Shown here: positions 26,611-32,000 of the stretch, piece by piece
Numbering within the stretch: the first letter of the stretch is position 1
How the letters are laid out: every line of letters starts with the position of its first letter
Assembly: GCA_002688505.1 (NCBI GenBank)
Contig: CP024013.1
Span: forward strand, 150,001-182,000
DNA length: 32,000 nt
Source: Candidatus Saccharimonadota bacterium
GTDB lineage: Bacteria > Pseudomonadota > Gammaproteobacteria > Enterobacterales > Enterobacteriaceae
Direction: 5' to 3'
The notes under the pieces: model-generated
Databases searched by the model: none
Told to the model about the DNA's origin: nothing
Seen by the model: only the letters and a program-made list of their open reading frames with translations
Program-made: the position numbers and the translations under genes

Positions 26611-28635
26611 ATGTTTAAAAAAATTTTTTTTAGTTTAAATTTTAATTTTTTTTGGAAGCAAATAATTTTATTTAGTATTCCTTCTTTATTATTCAATTTT
26701 TTAAAAATAAATTATAGTTTTTTTTTTTCTTTTTTACCTTCATTTATAAATTTTATTGGTTTAGATATTATTAATATTTTTTTTTTAAATAAAATTTTAA
26801 TATCTATTATTTTATTTTTTTTTAGTATCATATTAATACAATTATGTTTTTTATTAAATATACCTTTTTATATTTATTTTTTTTTTTTAAATATTTTTTT
26901 AGGTATTTTAAGTGAATTATTTTATTTTTATAATAGAATATTTTTAGGTTGTTTAATAGTTTCTTTATTCTCTTTTAATTTATTATTAAAATTTAATTTT
27001 TTTATTATTTCTGTTTTATTTTGTTTAGGAATATTATTTTGAGTAATTTTAAATATTATTTGATCATATTTATTTAAAAATCAATTTTTAAGAGAAAATA
27101 TATATGATTTATATCAAGAATTATCTTTATTAATAAAATATAAATATTGTTTTAATTATAATATAAATAATAATAATTATAATATTTATATATTATCTCA
27201 TAAAAAAATTATGGATTTAATAATTATTATTTATGAACAATTAGATACATTATTTTTTTTTAAAGATGAAAAATATTTTTTAATAAAAATTTTTAAAACA
27301 GCTATTTATTTAAAGGATAATTTATTTATTAATTTTAAAATTAATCGTTATAATTTTAAAAATTTTGATAAAAAAAAAAAGAAATTTTTTAAAAAATATA
27401 TAATTATATTATCTAAAATTATTTTTAGTATTGGTTTAAATATTTTATATAAAAAATATATTATTTTAAATAAATCATTAATTAATAAAATTAAATATTT
27501 TAATAAAAATTTATATAAATTTAATAAAATATTAAATATTATTTATTTAAAAAATATTATATTTTATTTATTATGTTTAAATAATAAAAAAAGTAAAAAA
27601 TATAGTAAAATTTTTAATGATATTATTTTTATATATGATTCAAGAATTATTAAATATTTATTAAATTTTAATATTAATAATTATAGATATTTTTTAAAAT
27701 TAACATTTTATTTTAATTTATTTTTTATATTATTTAAGAATCAAAGATTATTTAAATATTATTGAATATTAATAACTATAATTTATATTAATCAAAATAA
27801 TTATTTTAATATTTTAATAAAAATTTATAATAGATTTTTAGGAGTTTTAATAGGAATAATTATATCTATATTTTTAATTAAATTAAATTTAAATAAATTG
27901 ATTAATTTTATTTTAATGTTTTTTTTTACTAATATTAGTTATTTATTAATTAAAAATAATTATTTTATATCTATAATAGGTTTTACTATTTCTAGTTTTT
28001 TAAATAATAAATTGTTTTATTTAAATATTTTAAATTTATTTTATTTAAGATTATTAGATATATTTATAGGATGTTTTACATCTTTAATATTTAATTCTTT
28101 TTTTTGATTATTATGAGATATAAATTTTTTTAAAAAAAATATTAGATTTATATTTATTATATATAAAAGAATTTTTTCAAAAAAATTTAATAATTTTAAT
28201 TTAATTAAAATAAATAATATTAAGATTAATTTTTTAATTAATCAAATGCAAAATAATATATTTACTTATTATTTTAATTTTAATAATGAATATTTTTTTA
28301 ATAAGATTTATTTTAAATATATTAATTTATTAATAATTAATAATTATATTTTATTGGAAAATATTAATTCAATTTTTATTTTAGTTAAATTTAAAAGTTT
28401 AAATGAAAAAAATATATTATTTTTTTTAAATATTTTTAGAAAATATATTTATATAAATTGTAAAAATTTTAGTAATTATAATTTTAAAAAAGATATAAAT
28501 TTTTTTATTAATATAATATATAAAAAAAAAATAAAATTTTATAAGAATTTTAAAAGTAAAATATTTATTTATCATTTATATAAAATTAATAAACATATAT
28601 TAATAATTAATAATATATTTAAAAATTTAATTTAA
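26611..28635 (+). CDS. large integral membrane protein, FUSC/YccS/YhfK-like (function unknown)
   Basis: Track ORFs 26611, 27211, 27898 and 28246 are all in one frame. I read the linking stretches codon by codon and the only interruptions are TGA (27040, 27061, 27763, 28105, 28114). The result is 674 aa in two modules, each a hydrophobic multi-TM block followed by a soluble Lys/Asn-rich block. The second block, YYWILITIIYINQ...YNRFLGVLIGIIISIFL...NYFISIIGFTISSFL...RLLDIFIGCFTSLIFNSFFWLLW, resembles the FUSC_2 pattern (gyW..lT..v.qp....R..GT..G ... nY....f.T ... R..DT.iG). Confidence 0.55.
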
Positions 28636-28641
28636 TTTAAT

Positions 28642-29502
28642 TTATTTAGTTTTTTTAATAAATTTTATTTTAATTATTAATTTAATTTTATATTTATTAT
28701 TAAAATATTTTTTTATACTTATTTTTGATAAATATATAATCTTATTAATTTTATTTCTATTTTTTCCTGTTAATATTTTAATATATTGTTTTTTAAAAGT
28801 TATTAAGTAAGATTCAATAAATATAATGTTAATATTTTTATAAAAATTTTTTATTTTAAATTTTAGGTTATATGGTATTTCATCACCAGTTAATCTAAAT
28901 ATTTTTTCTCTTATTATTTCTTTTATAATATATTTATCTTTTTTATTAGTTAATATATTTTTATTAAATAAATGTTTTTTTTCTATTAAAAAATTATTTA
29001 TAATTTTTTTTATATAATATAAATCTTTTTTTTTTTTTAAGTTTGTTGGTATTATATTATATATTTTAAATTTTTTAATTTTTTTAATAATTTTTAATAA
29101 AATTTGTATTTTTTTTAATTTATCAATTTTATTTATTATAATTATTATAGGAATTTTAATATTTTTTATGAATTTTATAATTTTAATTTCATTATTATTT
29201 AATTCTTTTTCAATAATCATTATAAATAAATTTATTTTATTATTTGATAGATTATTTTTTATATATCTAATTATTTTTCTAATATATTTAATTATATTTA
29301 TATTATTATTTAAACCTGGATTATCTATATAAATAAATTGTTTATTATTTTTATTTTTTATACCTATTAAACTCTCCTGAGTAGTGTTTTTTTTTTTACT
29401 TGTTATAGATAGTTTTTTTTTTATTAGTTTATTAAATAATGTAGATTTACCTACATTTGTTTTTCCTATTATTGAAATAATTGATAATTTTTCTTTATTC
29501 AT
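28642..29502 (-). CDS. era: GTPase Era
   Basis: G1 motif IIGKTNVGKSTLFNKL, G2-region NTTQ, G3 motif DNPGL, G4 motif NKIDK, and a C-terminal KH-like region. It lies downstream of rnc as in E. coli (rnc-era). 286 aa. Confidence 0.88.
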   Translation of the reverse strand: MNKEKLSIISIIGKTNVGKSTLFNKLIKKKLSITSKKKNTTQESLIGIKNKNNKQFIYIDNPGLNNNINIIKYIRKIIRYIKNNLSNNKINLFIMIIEKELNNNEIKIIKFIKNIKIPIIIIINKIDKLKKIQILLKIIKKIKKFKIYNIIPTNLKKKKDLYYIKKIINNFLIEKKHLFNKNILTNKKDKYIIKEIIREKIFRLTGDEIPYNLKFKIKNFYKNINIIFIESYLITFKKQYIKILTGKNRNKINKIIYLSKISIKKYFNNKYKIKLIIKIKFIKKTK

Positions 29503-29528
29503 TTTACTATTTATTATTTAATTAAAAT

Positions 29529-30188
29529 TTAATGATTTAAACCTAATTTTATTAATGCTTTTTTAGCTGCTATTTTTTCAGCTTTTTTTATGTTTTTTCC
29601 TTTTCCTTTAGTTATATTATTATTTATTTTACAATGTACTGTAAATATTTTTTCATGATCTTTTCCTTTTTTATTATAAATATAATATTTAGGTAAAGAA
29701 ATTTTATATTTTTGTAAATATTCTTGTAATATAGTTTTAGGATCTTTTTTATTTTTATTATTTAAAATTTTTTTATTTAAAAATAAATATTTTATTGTAT
29801 TTTCTACTATATTTATATTATTACTATCTAAATATATACCACCTATAATAGCTTCTAATGTATTAGCTAATATTGATTTTTTATATTGTCCTTTCATTTT
29901 AATTTCACATTTTCCTAAATTTATATATTTGTTTAATTTAATATGTTTAGCTATTTTAAATAAATAATTTTTATTTACTAAATTAGATCTTATTCTAGTC
30001 ATATAACCTTCTTCTTTATGTAAATATTTTTTATATATAATTTTGGTTATTATAAAATTTAATATAGAATCTCCTAAAAATTCTAATTTTTCATTATTAT
30101 ATTTATTAAAACTTCTATGTGTTAAACATAGTATTAATATTTTTTTTTTAGAAAATTTGTATTTTATTTTTTTTTGTAAATTTTTCAT
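29529..30188 (-). CDS. rnc: ribonuclease III
   Basis: It has the RNase III signature LTHRSF...NEKLEFLGDSILNFII, then LANTLEAIIGGIYLD, and a C-terminal dsRBD (DPKTILQEYLQK...GKNIKKAEKIAAKKAL). 219 aa. Confidence 0.9.
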   Translation of the reverse strand: MKNLQKKIKYKFSKKKILILCLTHRSFNKYNNEKLEFLGDSILNFIITKIIYKKYLHKEEGYMTRIRSNLVNKNYLFKIAKHIKLNKYINLGKCEIKMKGQYKKSILANTLEAIIGGIYLDSNNINIVENTIKYLFLNKKILNNKNKKDPKTILQEYLQKYKISLPKYYIYNKKGKDHEKIFTVHCKINNNITKGKGKNIKKAEKIAAKKALIKLGLNH

Positions 30189-30225
30189 TTATTTTTTTTA
30201 AATATATTAATTTTTTTAAAATATA

Positions 30226-31101
30226 TTATTTATATAAAAAATTTTTTATTTTATATTTTATATTATTTATATTTAATAAAATATATTCTGCTTTACCAAT
30301 TATCAAATTTTTATTTAGAAAACCTCAATATCTACTATCATAACTATTATCTCTGAAATCACCCATTACAAAATACATATTGTTAGGTATTATTCATATT
30401 TTTTTAAAATAATTTTTTTTTTTAAAATATATTTTTTTTATAAATAATATTTCATATTTTTTATTAAATAAATATTCTGTTTTTTTATGTAGTATTAATA
30501 TATTATTTAATTTTTTATATTTATTAATATTTAAATTATTTAATTTTAAAAATTTTATTTTTATAATTTTATTTTTTTTATATTTAATTTTTAATAAAAT
30601 TTTATCATTATTTATATGATATTTAATAATATTTATTAAACAGTATTTGTTTTTATTTTTTAAACATTTTTTATATATTTTAATTTTTTTAAATTTTTCA
30701 TCATAAATAATTTTGTCATTAGGTAATCCTATTATTCTTTTTATATAATTAATTTTTTTATTTTTTGGATATTTAAATACTATTATATCTCCATATTTTG
30801 GTTTTTTAATATTTATTAATATTTTATTGTTTAAAGGATTTTTAATATAATATGATAATTTATTTACTAGTATTAAATCTCCTATACATAATGTAGGCAT
30901 CATTGATGATGATGGTATATAATATATTTCATATATAAATGATTTTAATATGAGTATTATAATTAATTTAGGAAATAAATTATTAAATATTTTAAAAATT
31001 TTATTTATTATTTTATTATTTTTTATTTTAATTTTTAAGATATTAATTATATATAATATTCCAGTCATTATTATTATGAATAAAAATATATTATTTTTCA
31101 T
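30226..31101 (-). CDS. lepB: signal peptidase I
   Basis: Track ORF 30394-31101 continues through TGA at 30394 and 30325 to TAA at 30226-30228; I read this stretch codon by codon. 291 aa. Motifs: IPSSSMMPTL (catalytic Ser box), YIKRIIGLPNDKI (Lys box), and the tail [32 protein letters not shown] (GDNRxxSxDSRYWG box). Confidence 0.88.
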
Positions 31102-31122
31102 ATTTATATATATATTTTAAAT

Positions 31123-32000
31123 TTAATGAATTTTTAATATTTTATATAAGATTTTAGGTTTAATTGAAATATTACCTATTTTTTTCATTTTTTTTTTTCC
31201 TATTTTTTGTTTTTTAATTAATTTTTTTTTTCTAGTTATATCTCCTCCATAACATTTTGAAATTACATTTTTTCTTAATGCTTTAATATTAGTTTTATAT
31301 ATAATTTTATTATTACAAGATATTTGTATATTAATATTAAATAATTGTTTTTTTATATATTTTTTTAGAATATTTAATATTCTTTCACTTTCTTTTTTAA
31401 TATTATTTATATGTATTAATTTTGATAATCCATAAATAATTTTATTGTTTATAATAATTTTTAATAATACAATATTAGATTTTTTATATTTATAAAATTT
31501 ATAATTATAAGTACAGTATCCTTGTGTGATAGATTTTAAATCATTATTTAAATTAGTTATAATTTCTAAAAGAGGTATTTTATATTTTAATAATACATTA
31601 TTTTTATTTATATATTTTAAATTTTTTAAATTACCTCTTTTTTGATTACATATATTTATTATATTTCCTATATATTTTTTATCTGATGTTATATTACATT
31701 TAACTATAGGTTCTTTAATATATTTAATATCATTTATTTTAATTATTTTATCTATATTATTAATATAAATTTCTTTATTATTTTTAGTTATAATTTTAAA
31801 TATTATCGTTGGATTTACTATTATTATTTTAGAATTATATTCTCTTATTAATCTTTCTTTAATTATTTCTATATGTAAAGTACCTAAGAATCCACATCTG
31901 AAACCAAAACCTAATATATTTGATTTTTCTATTTTATATGTTAGTGAAGAATCATTTAATTGTAATTTTTGTATTGATTTTTTTAAATTATTAAAATTAT
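31123..32000 (-). CDS. lepA: elongation factor 4 (LepA), C-terminal part (5' end lies outside the window)
   Basis: The minus-strand frame is open from the window edge to TAA at 31123-31125. GFRCGFLGTLHIEIIKERLIREYN and the LepA-specific C-terminal domain ...ISKCYGGDITRKKKLIKKQKIGKKKMKKIGNISIKPKILYKIL match E. coli LepA ([41 protein letters not shown]). The lepA-lepB order is conserved. Confidence 0.92.
   Translation of the reverse strand, partial: NFNNLKKSIQKLQLNDSSLTYKIEKSNILGFGFRCGFLGTLHIEIIKERLIREYNSKIIIVNPTIIFKIITKNNKEIYINNIDKIIKINDIKYIKEPIVKCNITSDKKYIGNIINICNQKRGNLKNLKYINKNNVLLKYKIPLLEIITNLNNDLKSITQGYCTYNYKFYKYKKSNIVLLKIIINNKIIYGLSKLIHINNIKKESERILNILKKYIKKQLFNINIQISCNNKIIYKTNIKALRKNVISKCYGGDITRKKKLIKKQKIGKKKMKKIGNISIKPKILYKILKIH

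Overview
This window is extremely AT-rich (about 13-16% GC by eye, not computed) and gene-dense. It only reads correctly if TGA is translated as Trp (translation table 4). The ORF track splits rpoB, rpoC, dnaE, bamA, holB, miaB, trpS, lepB and others into pieces. Those pieces are in the same frame and are separated only by TGA codons, which fall at universally conserved Trp positions. After re-joining I find 29 protein genes and 3 tRNAs, with almost no intergenic space. In order they are: rpoD (3' end), frr, bamA, skp-like, dnaE, rpmB, rpmG, a 2-Cys peroxiredoxin (-), holB, prmB (-), tRNA-Leu(UAG), tRNA-Gln(UUG), tRNA-Met(CAU), miaB, phoH/ybeZ, ybeY, secE, nusG, rplK, rplA, rplJ, rplL, rpoB, rpoC, trpS, ung (-), a 674-aa FUSC/YccS-like membrane protein, era (-), rnc (-), lepB (-) and lepA (-, partial). 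Gene order follows classic Beta/Gammaproteobacterial synteny, with blocks of genes deleted between the retained ones. The best explanation is a tiny-genome insect nutritional endosymbiont of the Candidatus Zinderia or Nasuia type (Betaproteobacteria), but that identification is an inference. I see no mobile elements, CRISPR arrays, toxin or defence genes, or rRNA. I did not find a convincing novel multi-gene system. The least expected items are the retained FUSC-like membrane protein, an intact ung in such an AT-biased genome, and a retained SecE-LepB-Skp-BamA outer-membrane protein route whose usual lipid-A neighbour genes are gone from this locus.
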